A DNA stretch of 55,548 nucleotides, filler included, from Stramenopiles sp. TOSAG23-3 (lineage: Eukaryota): assembly GCA_900128585.1 (NCBI GenBank). It is 4 parts of 4 records of this genome, joined end to end, with 100 filler letters (N's around TTAATTAATTAA, not from the genome) between each part and the next. Parts side by side here need not be neighbours in the genome. Positions count along the whole stretch, not along the records: positions 1 to 25,664 come from LT642286.1; 3 more parts are not named here. One strand, 5' to 3'. Position numbers and translations under genes: made by a program. The notes below the pieces were generated by a model. That model was not told where the DNA came from and did no database searches. It saw only the letters and a list, made by a program, of their open reading frames with translations. Numbering within the stretch: position 1 is the first letter of the stretch; every line of letters starts with the position of its first letter. Of this stretch, positions 1 to 10,945 are shown one piece after another.

Positions 1-1333
1 CAGTGCTGCAACACGTATCCAAACGTTAGTACGTATGGTGCAATCTCGTCGCCACTTCAAACACTTCTTGTCTGCAACGGTGGTATTGCAGTCCTTTGGA
101 AGACTAATTTTAATGCAGAAAACACTTCGTCGTGAAACTAATGCTGCCACTATCATTGAGAGTAATGTACGCCGGTACCAAGTACAAGTTAATTTCATGA
201 AATTGAAGCATTGCGCTACACGCATTCAAGCACACTACAGAATGCACATGTCGGCAAAAATGTTCAAAAAGACACGAAGAGCATCGATTAAAATACAGTC
301 CTTCCATCGTTGTTCCTCTGCATGGAGACGGCGAGTTGCAATAAAGAAGGCGTGTAAAGTGGTTGAAAAACATTACAATAACTTGTTGTTGCGACGTGAA
401 AAGATGCTAAAGGAAGCTGCGGTCTTAAAGATACAAGCAATTATTAGGGGAAACCAAGCACGAAGATGTGCGGAACGAATGATGAAATTTAAAAGTCTTC
501 AAAAGTTAGAAGCAATTCGAATTAAATACGCCGCAATGACTATCCAGCAGGCTTTCAGACAGTTCCGCCGAAGCCATTATGTTAGAGTTCTTCAACGATT
601 TGCACGAATCTGCGGTGCAAAGAGTTTTGCTATAACTAAAAGAAAGAGCGTAGTGACCATGCAGTCGTTTTTTCGCGCTGTGCTTGTACGAAAAGACATG
701 CCAAGGCGAATTAAAGAAGCTCGAAAGCGTGTTGAAGAGGCGGCAAAATTGGCTGCAGAAGCTGACCGACTGGGCAATAGAACAGCAGTAGCCTTGAATG
801 TTTTATTGAACTCGACTAATTTAAGCGGTGTGAAACGAGCCATCGTAACGTTAGAAGTGTCAACCCGACTTTCAGATATTTGTGCCTTCAAATTTGTAGA
901 AATGGGAGCCGTCCCAATCATTTACAAATTAATACGCAGCTGCAACAGATCCGAACCGCACAGGGCAGTCCTTGCGTATGCCCTTAACGTCCTGCGTCAC
1001 ACTTCCTGTTACGAAAAAGCAAATACTTCGGAGTACCTGCCACCTCGAAAGCATCGTATTGAAACCCTGTTAGAATTAATGCAAACGTTCCGCGAACAGC
1101 CTGAAGTCCTTCGCCAAATAACGCATCTAATGTTTCACTTATGCAAAGATCGGTCGTTCGCAAAACAATTGTCACTTGATCGTGATGTCATGAAAAGGTT
1201 GCTGAGCATATTGAGATTGCTCCAGCGAAAGGTGAAACATAGCACCGGGGTGAATAAGAAGAAGAGGAGTCTTGAAATGAGAGGAGTCCGCAATTTAGAG
1301 CGATTGATTGAACGAATCAACACTGGTCGCTAG
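1..1333 (+). CDS. ASPM: Abnormal spindle (ASPM/Asp)-like protein, C-terminal part (IQ repeats + Armadillo-like end); 5' end lies outside the window
   Basis: Many IQxxxRG-type motifs (ATRIQAHYR, LKIQAIIRG, TMQSFFR) followed by LGNRTAVAL...LEVSTRLS...LIRSCNRSEPH, characteristic of the ASPM C-terminus; frame stays open upstream of the track start. Confidence 0.8.
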   Translation, partial: SAATRIQTLVRMVQSRRHFKHFLSATVVLQSFGRLILMQKTLRRETNAATIIESNVRRYQVQVNFMKLKHCATRIQAHYRMHMSAKMFKKTRRASIKIQSFHRCSSAWRRRVAIKKACKVVEKHYNNLLLRREKMLKEAAVLKIQAIIRGNQARRCAERMMKFKSLQKLEAIRIKYAAMTIQQAFRQFRRSHYVRVLQRFARICGAKSFAITKRKSVVTMQSFFRAVLVRKDMPRRIKEARKRVEEAAKLAAEADRLGNRTAVALNVLLNSTNLSGVKRAIVTLEVSTRLSDICAFKFVEMGAVPIIYKLIRSCNRSEPHRAVLAYALNVLRHTSCYEKANTSEYLPPRKHRIETLLELMQTFREQPEVLRQITHLMFHLCKDRSFAKQLSLDRDVMKRLLSILRLLQRKVKHSTGVNKKKRSLEMRGVRNLERLIERINTGR

Positions 1334-2052
1334 TCACTCGCTCCACCGTATATATTCCACCGATGATGCGTTATTTTCGTTTACTATTATTATTACCCAT
1401 GTATAATATTTTCATAAAAAATGGATAAGAAGTTTTCTTGTCGTCGACTACTTCGTTCCACGTACCGTGCGTATTTCCGTAGTGGGTACCCTGTATTATA
1501 CCTTTACCGGGTACAGGAACCAACCTGGTTTTAATACAGGTACAGGCACCTCCCTATATTAATATTAATTATAATACCTGTACCACCTGGTACGTAATGA
1601 ATATTCCTTGTGTATTGTATTGTGTTGCTGTGTTCTTATAATTCCCTCGTAATAGCTATATATTATAGTTGCTCATCATCAATCACGAAGAAGTTAAAAA
1701 AAACTGTTGCCAGCCATCCACTTACAGTAACACTACTACCACATCAAAATAATAAGAAATACACCACCACCACCTCTCAACTCTCAACAACTACTAATTA
1801 TTATACTTCTTGTACAATACTACTACTTGGTACCACATTACAACAAACGAATTTTGTTTTTTTTAACAATTAAATGTAAAAGGACCATGCCCATGGTAGA
1901 CGGACTTTATTCCGAACCGTTTAAAAAGCGCCATAAAAGCGACAATAAATGATTGATTACATTGTTTATAGAATAGAAATAAAACGACATTCCAGTTGGC
2001 TTCAAGTACTTTTTTTGTGTGCAGTTTTCCTCGAGTATACAACAGTGTCAAC

Positions 2053-3033
2053 ATGAGAAGGTTTGACGTTTACTTAAAGGCGGACTCTATGGTCCAGGAA
2101 AAAAGCTATACCGGGGCAATAATGACCCTCTTGAGCTCTTTGGTTATCATAATGTTGTTTCGTTCAGAGTTTAATAGTTACAATGAAGTTCGCATTGCGG
2201 ATCACATGGTAGTGGACCCAGCGTATGGGGAGAGAATCATTACCGTGAACCTGTCCCTTTCGTTTTTGAAGCTCAAGTGCCACGAGGTAAATATTGATAT
2301 CGACGACCGTAGTGGACACCATGACTTGCATGTGTCGGACGATATGCAAAAGAGTCCATACGTGCACTTGGAAGATATGGAGCTAGAACCCGAAAAATAT
2401 AACAACGAGCAACGGTTGGTAAAAAATGCCCCTGGGTGCTCGGTGAAAGGAACATTCAAAATACGAAAGGTTGCCGGTAATTTTCACGTCGCACTAGGGA
2501 AAAATTTAGCAGCCAAAAGTGGCCAGGTTACGCACACAAGTGACGTGCCGAAGTACCAGTTCAGCATGAGTGACATATCCAAGTACAACTCGTCCCATAT
2601 TATTCACCATTTGGACTTTGGATCAACTGGAAAATTAGCAACATTAGGCTTAGAGAAATACCCGTTGGACAATGTAACGAAAATATTGCCCGCGACGTCG
2701 AAAACTGCCCAGTACCAGTACTTTATCAAAATTGTACCAACAGAGTACGAGACGTTGGGTGGGTCGAAGCGAAATTCCCACCAATTTTCATTTACGTCAC
2801 ACGCCCGGGAAGTTAGTAAATCGAGTTCAATTTTTATCGCGCATTTCCCGCATCCTGGTGTGTTCTTTAAATACGATTTTTCGCCCATCATGGTCTCCTT
2901 TAAGGAAGAAAAATCGTCGTTAATGACCTTTCTGACGTCAGTGTGTGCAATAATTGGGGGCGTTTTCACCTGTGCAGGTTTGCTGACCAGGTGTTGCATA
3001 GGTACAGTGGATGTGATATCCAAGCTGGACTAA
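2053..3033 (+). CDS. ERGIC / Erv41-Erv46 family ER-Golgi cycling membrane protein
   Basis: RRFDVYLK, N-terminal TM, GCSVKG...KVAGNFHV, YQYFIKIVPT, PGVFFKYDFSPI, FLTSVCAIIGGVFT, C-terminal KLD; first ATG at 2053. Confidence 0.92.
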   Translation: MRRFDVYLKADSMVQEKSYTGAIMTLLSSLVIIMLFRSEFNSYNEVRIADHMVVDPAYGERIITVNLSLSFLKLKCHEVNIDIDDRSGHHDLHVSDDMQKSPYVHLEDMELEPEKYNNEQRLVKNAPGCSVKGTFKIRKVAGNFHVALGKNLAAKSGQVTHTSDVPKYQFSMSDISKYNSSHIIHHLDFGSTGKLATLGLEKYPLDNVTKILPATSKTAQYQYFIKIVPTEYETLGGSKRNSHQFSFTSHAREVSKSSSIFIAHFPHPGVFFKYDFSPIMVSFKEEKSSLMTFLTSVCAIIGGVFTCAGLLTRCCIGTVDVISKLD

Positions 3034-3050
3034 AGGATTTCTAAAAAATA

Positions 3051-3139
3051 AAAACAAGAAAATTGGCTGTTATTTAAGTAATTAATTTAATTCTTAAATT
3101 GATTCTGTAATTTTGTTTCGTTGTTGGTTGTCAATCACC
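3051..3139 (+). repeat. Repeat family A copy (~90 bp)
   Basis: AAAACAAGAAAATTGGCTGTTATTTAAGTAATTAA...TTTTGTTTCGTTGTTGGTTGTCAATCACC matches 55261-55369. Confidence 0.9.
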
Positions 3140-3233
3140 AAATAGGATTTTTTTTAATTTACACACACACGCCGTCGTCACAGCGTGATGAAACGCTCTT
3201 GGCCATCTTAAATTACCTCTAGCTCCCTTGTGC

Positions 3234-4457
3234 CTACAGCAGTTTGCTGCTTCTTATTTGCTGACACCGGCGATATGCGTAGAATACGAATCCAAACATC
3301 AAAAAGGCCATTATCATAAATGGTACTCGCCACGACTGCTTCACTATTTCGTGCTCTTTCGAGACGTGCTGCAAATGATGGCCGGTCAATTCTTCAAGGC
3401 GTTTCAACTGCTCGTTCATCTCATCCTCTTGCGCCTCGAGCTTGGATATCATACTATACAAATGTGCATTTAAGCCCTTCACCTGATTTTCCAGGTGGTA
3501 CTTAATGTCCGTGATGCGCTCTTGATGCTCGTCCCCCTGTTGCTGCAAGGTTTTTACAATGCCCGTCTCTTTTACAATGTTGTTGATGCCCTCCATCTCG
3601 TCGTCGGTCGGTGCATCTGGGTCAACAGCATGTTGTCCGTTGCCTTCCGGGTCTGGGGATCTTTCCGTTTGAATTGTTACACCAAATATATCGTGAGCAT
3701 CCGTTAGGTCGCCAGTTGAAGCTGTGAACCCAAAATAATAGCCACCCTGGGGCAAGTACACTCCGTTCACATCGACACACCGTGTCCAAGTGTCGGAGTT
3801 GTGAAGGTTAATGTCCACGATAAGCTTGGGCTTTGAGTAATGGATCCGCACCGTGCTTATTTGCTGCGCCTCGGGTCCGTCGGTGTACGAACGGAATAGA
3901 GAGTGACAGGCAGGGATACCATGCTGCAGACCACCGTCTCCATGAATGTAGCTGAGCGTCCCATCGTTCGTCATGACAGACACATAAGGGTGGTTCTGCC
4001 GATCTCGGTTCCCGTTATCAAAAGTATCAAAAAAGACACCTAAACCTGTCCAATAGTCTCGTGATCCAAACACCGGTCCAGGTTCGTTCGCTTCGCTGGT
4101 GTACCAAAATGCAAACCCATCGCCGAAAAAGTCTACCCCCTTTCCATGCACTTTAAACTTAATCGTAACTTCCCACTCGTCCCCTAACATGCTGGCCGCG
4201 ATGCCCTCTGCGGTCCAAAGGGAACCTGCCTGGGACTGGAGTTCTGGAGTCAAGCGAATAAAGTCTTCTTGCACCGTGGTGCTGCCGCTGATGGACCACA
4301 TCCCGTACAACCTACCATCGTTGTAAGGCGTCTTATCAAGTGAAAGATCTTCGTTTCGATTCATAAGGGCTCGAGCGTTGTCCATGCTAATAAAAAGCAA
4401 CACGAAAAGAACACACAGAGAAAATGTGGAGACCGCCCGGTCTACAAAAACACTCAT
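3234..4457 (-). CDS. L-type lectin cargo receptor (VIP36/ERGIC-53, LMAN family)
   Basis: Signal peptide, IRLTP, GDGFAFWY, GPVFGS, GLGVFFDTFDN, YFGFTASTGDLTDAHD, coiled coil, C-terminal TM. Confidence 0.93.
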   Translation of the reverse strand: MSVFVDRAVSTFSLCVLFVLLFISMDNARALMNRNEDLSLDKTPYNDGRLYGMWSISGSTTVQEDFIRLTPELQSQAGSLWTAEGIAASMLGDEWEVTIKFKVHGKGVDFFGDGFAFWYTSEANEPGPVFGSRDYWTGLGVFFDTFDNGNRDRQNHPYVSVMTNDGTLSYIHGDGGLQHGIPACHSLFRSYTDGPEAQQISTVRIHYSKPKLIVDINLHNSDTWTRCVDVNGVYLPQGGYYFGFTASTGDLTDAHDIFGVTIQTERSPDPEGNGQHAVDPDAPTDDEMEGINNIVKETGIVKTLQQQGDEHQERITDIKYHLENQVKGLNAHLYSMISKLEAQEDEMNEQLKRLEELTGHHLQHVSKEHEIVKQSWRVPFMIMAFLMFGFVFYAYRRCQQIRSSKLL

Positions 4458-7060
4458 TTTTCCGCTTGCCACTCTTTTCGTAACCGGTTAAGTAGATATG
4501 CCTAAGAAGTAAGCGCCCTAATATGCGTTGAACAGTAAGAACGCGTTTGTAAACAGAAATATACCTTATTTCTTCTCTCTCTCTCACTTCCTCTTTACAC
4601 GTGTTTTGATTTGACACGAGCAGTTGCTAGATGAAATCGTTTATAACTTTCATTCATTTACGTCTATACAAAAGCTACATACAGTATAATTTAATTTTTA
4701 TTAAAATCAGTTAAAAAAATTTGTATTGTGTATTGTATTTTTTTATATATTTTATTAAATATAAATTATAAAAAATTATTATTATTTATTATTATTACAC
4801 TGTAATTATAAAATTACTGTTGTTGTATTATTATTTCGTATTTTATAATAATAATAATAGGTATTTATTATATTTATTTATTTATTTTTTAAATATAATC
4901 CTCCCTCCGTCGTCGTCGTCTCTTCTTCTTTTTTTATTAAATATTATTATTATTATCCGTGGTGGTTCCATCCAGTCTCTCCTCTCCCTCTCCAGTGGTG
5001 CATTGGTGCATTGGTGCATTTCGATCGGTCGTCATCATCGCCTCGCCTGCTGCCATCGTTCCTCTCTCTCGCTCCTCGCCTCCGTCGTTATAGTCGTTCT
5101 ATCTTCTCCTCCTCGTCCTTCTTCTCTTCATATCGTATTTATAGTATTTATTAGTATTTATTAGTATACCAAATCTTTGCTGTGACTACAGCGACTTTTT
5201 TCTTTTATTTCAGGATTTAAATTATATTATTATTTTATCGGTATTATTAATTATACTGTACAGTATTACATTATTATTGCTTCTATTAGCCTTTTAAAAT
5301 TATTACTTATATTTTACATTCGTACTATTGTATTCTATGCTGCTTGGATAGCATAACATTACGTACGTAGTCGTCTTCGTACATTAAATACGAGGAAGAG
5401 ACAAAGAAGATGCTTTTCTTTTAAATTTTTTTTTGTTCACAACAACAGGTACTGTACAGTAGAGAGAAAAGGGAAAAAAAAAGGAGAAAACAATTAGACG
5501 ACTATAATAATAATTAATAATAGAATTGTTTTCTGTTTGAAGAAGAGAAGAAGAAGAAGGAAGAAAAAAACAAAACAAAAAATTAAAAATATTTCATTAT
5601 CTCTTTGTTGCTATTATTTGTTTTGTATTTGTACACTTACACAGTATAATAATATAATAATTAAAAGATGCAATCAACTCCACCACCGCCACCGCGCGCT
5701 GCATTTTTTATTTATTTAATTTTATTATACAGTCATTTTTTACGACTACCGACCTCGTATTTAATTAAAACCCTATAATAATATTTACATTCCATTCCGT
5801 TGTTGGAATACTTTCGACACGTGGTGTGAGTTTGGATTTCTGTTGCTTTTGTTGTTGTTCCAAATATTATTATTAGACTATACAAATACGAAGGGATTTA
5901 TTTAATTGTTACGAGGACGCAAAGTAAATAGTTAGCAAATAAATAATTTATTATTTCTCCTTTGTACCTACTGTACCTTGTATTTATTTATCAAATTATT
6001 ATTTTATTAGAACGACATAGACAGTAGGACTAATAAAATTTAATCTATTGTGGATTCGTATTCGTTTGTTGTTTTACTCAGCTATTTCTATCTGCTCGAA
6101 TCTGCCGAACCACACATACGGTCGTCACACCCTCCCTCGGCCTTCTTACTCCTCCTCGTACGGCGGTACCGGTACGTAATAATACTCGGATGTGTGTGGG
6201 GTGGTGCGAGAAGATAATTTTATTTTCGATTGGCACACATTTCCCTAAATCCCTTGGTTTTATTCCTGGTACGGTAGTATTAATAATACCGTACCACCGA
6301 TCGACGACCGACCTGCGGTGGTGAAGCAATTCCATTCCGACAACTGGGGCATACGAAGCAAATGCAGGGATTGTGTGCCCCCTCCCCTTTCTTTTTTATA
6401 GTAGTAAATTAAAAAAAAATGTATTTAATAAAATATTATTGTATTATTTTTTTTCCCTTTCTTCTTTGCTATCCAATGTTACTGGTAGTATCATTTTTTT
6501 TGCAAAAATTTATTATTTATTATTTTTTTTACCAAGTAGTTAGTCGTCTATTATTTATTACAATAGTTAGTTATTGTCCATTATTATATTATGTACATTG
6601 AGTTGCTTTTTTTTAATTTACCACCAGACTTTGTTGTACACTATTATTATTATTTGGGTTCCCGTACCTGGTATTATTATACTGTAATACGACGTACGAA
6701 GAGGAAGAAAAAAGAAAAAAAATAATAATAATAATTTTATTTAAAAAATAATAATAATATATAATTAATAAAGAACACATTACTTCTTTCGCCATTTCGG
6801 AGTTAGTTACTGATGAAAATTGCATTGCATAAAGGAAATAAATAATTAAAACGCAGGCATTCGACATTAGTTACATTTAACTGCCCAATTTTTTTTTGAC
6901 GTAAAGCAAACTGTGTCTATAAGTTTAATTATTTAGTTTACGTTGCCCGTGACGACATTTTATAAGTCGTGGCATTTTCCTATACCGTCGGAGCTGGAGG
7001 ACCAACGTGCTTCACCCCCGCCCCCGCACGCACGCGCACACACTCAACCCACTGTAAAAG

Positions 7061-9103
7061 ATGAACTCCCAGACGAGAAAGAAAGGTCCTTTGAAAGGCG
7101 ACCACCAATTGATTGCTGGTGTCCGAGGTAAAAACGACGGTGATCGCATCGACGAATCTCTGGGCCTTGCAGGAGGCCACCACAGCAGCACAACCCCTCC
7201 AAAAGATACAAAAATTCAATACAGCTCAAGGAAAAGCCCAATATCTCGGAAAAGTCCTCGCAGTAGCCCTAGAAGCTCACCGGCAAGGCGAACACCGTCT
7301 CCGCACCATATTCATAAGTCGCACAAGGAGGGCCGAGTGAGTCCCAGAACTCGGGGCTTAAAGTCGACTGGGGCGTACGGGAAGGGTGGCCGGGGCACCA
7401 AGTTGGTGCACAGCTCAGCCCCGGCACACGACGCGAAGGGGACCGTGGGGGGCGGGATTCGCTCTGCGTTTGCCAGTAGTAAAAACTCAAGCAATTCGAT
7501 TTCGTCTTCGAGTGAAGTTAATCAGATATTGTCCAAAGGAAAACGCATTGGAATGCAACACTCTCTTCACAAAACGGTCGGGGAGAACCCTCCACCCGGA
7601 GTTTTCGAAGTGAATGCCCGCCAGAAACCGAGCGCCCTAATCGCGGCGCCTAAAGTCAACCCAAACAATGGGACTGTCGGTGGCGGGACACGCCTTATTA
7701 TGTCGAAGGTGCCAGTGCGTCATCGTAAAACGGGGCGAACGGCGTTGCGTAGCGACCGTGATCGTGAGTTTCTGAACAATCCGATCCCGAAAGGTGAAAG
7801 CATCCTGCCCTGGTTTGCCTCCAACCAAACTGGCGAGGCGGGGACCCAAACGGGGTTGGTTTACAATGCTGACGGAGTCCACCCCGACGTGGAAGCGTAT
7901 TCGCGAATTAAAGATGGGTTTGGGCGGCGCAGGTCCAACTCATGGGGTCCCTCTGCCCGTCGTCGCGCGCTTGCGGCATCTTCTACTGGCAAAACTGCTG
8001 AGAAGGGGCAGAGTGGTGGAAGAAAAAAACATGAAAAGCCGGTGGACCCAAGCGTAGCGGCAACCCCTGGGGGCAAGAATGCCCGGCCCCGCAACGGCAT
8101 GAACTTGGCGTTTACACCAAAGGATTATGCCCCTGCAGGCAAACCTTACTATAAAGAAATATCCATCGAAGACATCGACAAGATGCAAGGAATACTATCT
8201 CAAATGAAGGAGGACATGCTTCGCAAAGAGCAAGATTCTGTGGTGGTCAAGGGTCCGCTGCGAGAAATGCTCGAGCAGCACCAAGAACACTTTGACGACG
8301 TTGGGACGGACCTGGAAATTATCTCAAATTCTGTACATGACGAACACGCGATGTCGCTGGAAAAGTCGCGCCGGCGCGCTAAGTCTGGCCCTGCTGCGCT
8401 CAGGAGAAACTATGGGGACATGAAGCAAGTTTTTGATGCCATGAATGAAATGCAAGGCACACCTGGAAAGAGCCTTCGAGCATCGTTCGAGGAAATAGAA
8501 GAGGAAATTAGAAAAAAGCGGCTCGCGGGAGATGGTAGAACGAATGGAAACGCTGGCCCTTACGCAGTGTACGCGGCGGCGCAGCTGCGACTGCGCACGT
8601 CTTTGGAAGATTCCGGGGCCATCAGTGGTGGCACCGCACCAAACTTTAAAATGTTTCGCTCGAAAAGCACGGATGACGAAGACGCCAATCCGGAGACCTC
8701 CCCCAGAAAGAGTGCAGCAGTCGACCATGAAAATAAAAGCAGCAAAAGCGTGTCCACGGGTACGTCCCCTTTGAAAATTTCTACTCCAAGAAAACCGGAA
8801 AGTCCTTCAGAAGCAGGCTTCGACTTGATAGAACGTCCGTCGTTAGGGGAAGCTTTAAACGAAATTCAGCCATCTTCTGACTTGAGCAAATCTCCTCCCA
8901 AAGTTTCTCGGGTGTTGTCGGACACAGAAATTCCACGATTGAAATTAGATATGTTGAACCTCTCAATCAAAAGTCCGAGAGGTCAAAACTCCTGCAATTC
9001 CCCAGATTTATCGAAGCAAATGCTGGATATTGCAAGTCCAAGGTCTGCATTCTCGAAAACATCTGCACGGAGTACCCTGACAAACAGTTCTTCCGAGAAC
9101 TGA
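7061..9103 (+). CDS. Hypothetical S/P/K/R-rich, largely disordered protein
   Basis: 680-codon ATG-started ORF with coding-like GC against AT-rich flanks; no recognisable domain. Confidence 0.75.
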   Translation: MNSQTRKKGPLKGDHQLIAGVRGKNDGDRIDESLGLAGGHHSSTTPPKDTKIQYSSRKSPISRKSPRSSPRSSPARRTPSPHHIHKSHKEGRVSPRTRGLKSTGAYGKGGRGTKLVHSSAPAHDAKGTVGGGIRSAFASSKNSSNSISSSSEVNQILSKGKRIGMQHSLHKTVGENPPPGVFEVNARQKPSALIAAPKVNPNNGTVGGGTRLIMSKVPVRHRKTGRTALRSDRDREFLNNPIPKGESILPWFASNQTGEAGTQTGLVYNADGVHPDVEAYSRIKDGFGRRRSNSWGPSARRRALAASSTGKTAEKGQSGGRKKHEKPVDPSVAATPGGKNARPRNGMNLAFTPKDYAPAGKPYYKEISIEDIDKMQGILSQMKEDMLRKEQDSVVVKGPLREMLEQHQEHFDDVGTDLEIISNSVHDEHAMSLEKSRRRAKSGPAALRRNYGDMKQVFDAMNEMQGTPGKSLRASFEEIEEEIRKKRLAGDGRTNGNAGPYAVYAAAQLRLRTSLEDSGAISGGTAPNFKMFRSKSTDDEDANPETSPRKSAAVDHENKSSKSVSTGTSPLKISTPRKPESPSEAGFDLIERPSLGEALNEIQPSSDLSKSPPKVSRVLSDTEIPRLKLDMLNLSIKSPRGQNSCNSPDLSKQMLDIASPRSAFSKTSARSTLTNSSSEN

Positions 9104-9146
9104 GGCATTCTTGGTTACGCTGCTAGGAAAGGTAACAAATTCTTAT

Positions 9147-9170
9147 AACAAAAAATTGGCTGTTATTTAA
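9147..9170 (+). repeat. Repeat family A terminal motif
   Basis: AACAAAAAATTGGCTGTTATTTAA, 44 nt after the stop codon at 9103. Confidence 0.75.
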
Positions 9171-9266
9171 AAGTATAATTTGTTTTAAGTAATTAAAAAA
9201 TAATGTGACTTCTATATTAAAAACGAATAATGTACTGCGAACTGAACTCTACTGGGATGGATTCTT

Positions 9267-9293
9267 AAAAACAAAAAATTGGCTGTTATTTTT
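9267..9293 (+). repeat. Repeat family A terminal motif
   Basis: AAAAACAAAAAATTGGCTGTTATTTTT. Confidence 0.75.
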
Positions 9294-9680
9294 TTTTTTA
9301 AATTCTATAGTATGCTTTAAGTAAAAAAAACAAAATAGATAGTAATATTTTTTTTTTAAATTAAATAAACGCGTAAGAACTTATAGGGTTGTGTACAAAC
9401 CAACAGTTCCAGGGTTTTTAAAACGAATCCATGAATGTTACGACTTCCGCCGTAAGAGTTCGAATTACATTTGAGTGGTCTCGGCATAACTCTATTTTTA
9501 ACCACAAGTGTCCAAGTAAAAATTAACAAACCCGGGCAAAACCCGAACACCATGAGTTTTTGTGTGTTTTTCTATAGGGCAAAAAAAAACGCACTAGAGC
9601 ACGGTACTTGTACTAGATAATCCAGTATTAAATACGATAGTTGTCTATCTATATTTTCCATATTAAAAATACAACATTTC

Positions 9681-9891
9681 AGCATGGGATAAAAAATATC
9701 AAGGTCCAAAATTGAACATGGTGTTTTTGTATTTAAGTTGTTGGCAAAAAAAAGAAAAAAAGAAAAACGAAGATTGTTGTGAGGGTACGGTAGTTAAAAG
9801 CATGGGATAAAAAATATCAAGGTCCAAAATTGAACATGGTGTTTTTGTATTTCAGTTGTTGGCAAAAAAAATAAAAGAAAAACGAAGATTG
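9681..9891. repeat. Near-identical direct repeat, ~95-bp unit, 118-bp period
   Basis: AGCATGGGATAAAAAATATCAAGGTCCAAAATTGAACATGGTGTTTTTGTATTT...GAAGATTG at 9681 and 9799. Confidence 0.95.
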
Positions 9892-9989
9892 ATTGAGGAG
9901 GAAAAAGGAAGAAGAAGTGAAAAAAAGAGGAGGAGGGAGCACAGGAGCAGAGGTAACGTTTAACCAGGTCCCTTACTTTGCTACTTTGT

Positions 9990-10208
9990 TCGTAGTCTAA
10001 ATAAAGGAGTGTTGACCCTATCTCTCCCTACACTTCGTACACGAACAGAACAATTGGTTTCCGGTCAGAAATCTAGTACTAGTTTTTTCTAATTTCATGA
10101 TACATTTCCTCGTAGTGTAAATAAAGTTATTAGGGTTGATCCTAATACAACCCTACACGAATACAGAACAATTGGTTTGGGTCCGGTAAGGAGAAATCTA
10201 TTACTAGT
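9990..10208. repeat. Diverged direct repeat, ~120-bp period
   Basis: TCGTAGT.TAAATAAAG...CCCTACAC...ACAGAACAATTGGTTT...CCGGT...AGAAATCTA.TACTAGT at 9990 and 10110. Confidence 0.85.
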
Positions 10209-10945
10209 GTTTTAGGTAAGACGTAATTATGCTATTTCCCTTTTAAACTATTTCAATTTCTGACTCATTTTAATTTGATGACAGAACTTTAGTATTATAT
10301 TATATTTTAAATCCAAAAACGAATTATCTGTGTTGCTATATTATTAGCTGTATTATATTAAAACATCGCATTTTCTTTTAAATCCCGAAAAAGGCAAATT
10401 TCATCGTATTGAAACATCGCTCTTTTATAAATTAAGGATATAATTATATATTTTATATTTTATTATCATAAACTTATTGATATGATTAATTTTAAAAGAT
10501 GACCACCTTAATTATCAAAAAGAAACAAAAGAAAGTGCTATTATTTTTTTTATGGATCAAATAAACAATCATATTGTGTGTATGTAAAATCCCTCGTTAT
10601 AGAGTTTCTACTGTGGTTACTACACTAATTAAAGAGAGAATACCATCTCATGTTTCAGCATACGTTGACATATGCTGTGAATGTTTTGTATTTTAAAATG
10701 TTCCCTCTTTCGTAGCATCAACACAACAGGAGGAACTTTTTCTTTAAATCGGACGGACACTCTGGCCACCCGCCGCTGCAAGTAGTTGTGTACAAGAACA
10801 CTCTTCCGTCTCTATGTTAGTTGATTCCAAAGGAATAAAAATGTTTGTAGGTAGGATATAATAACGTCGTTAGTCCTTTTGCTCACCAATTTATATTCAC
10901 ATTATACATATATATATATATACATACGTATATTCTTTGCTGACA

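Noticed and set aside
4620-6940. Short ORFs or ncRNA in the long AT-rich spacer
   Set aside because: Low-complexity translations; no tRNA, snRNA or rRNA signatures recognised
9681-10208. Possible CRISPR-like array
   Set aside because: Only two long copies per unit, no repeat-spacer series, no cas genes, eukaryotic context
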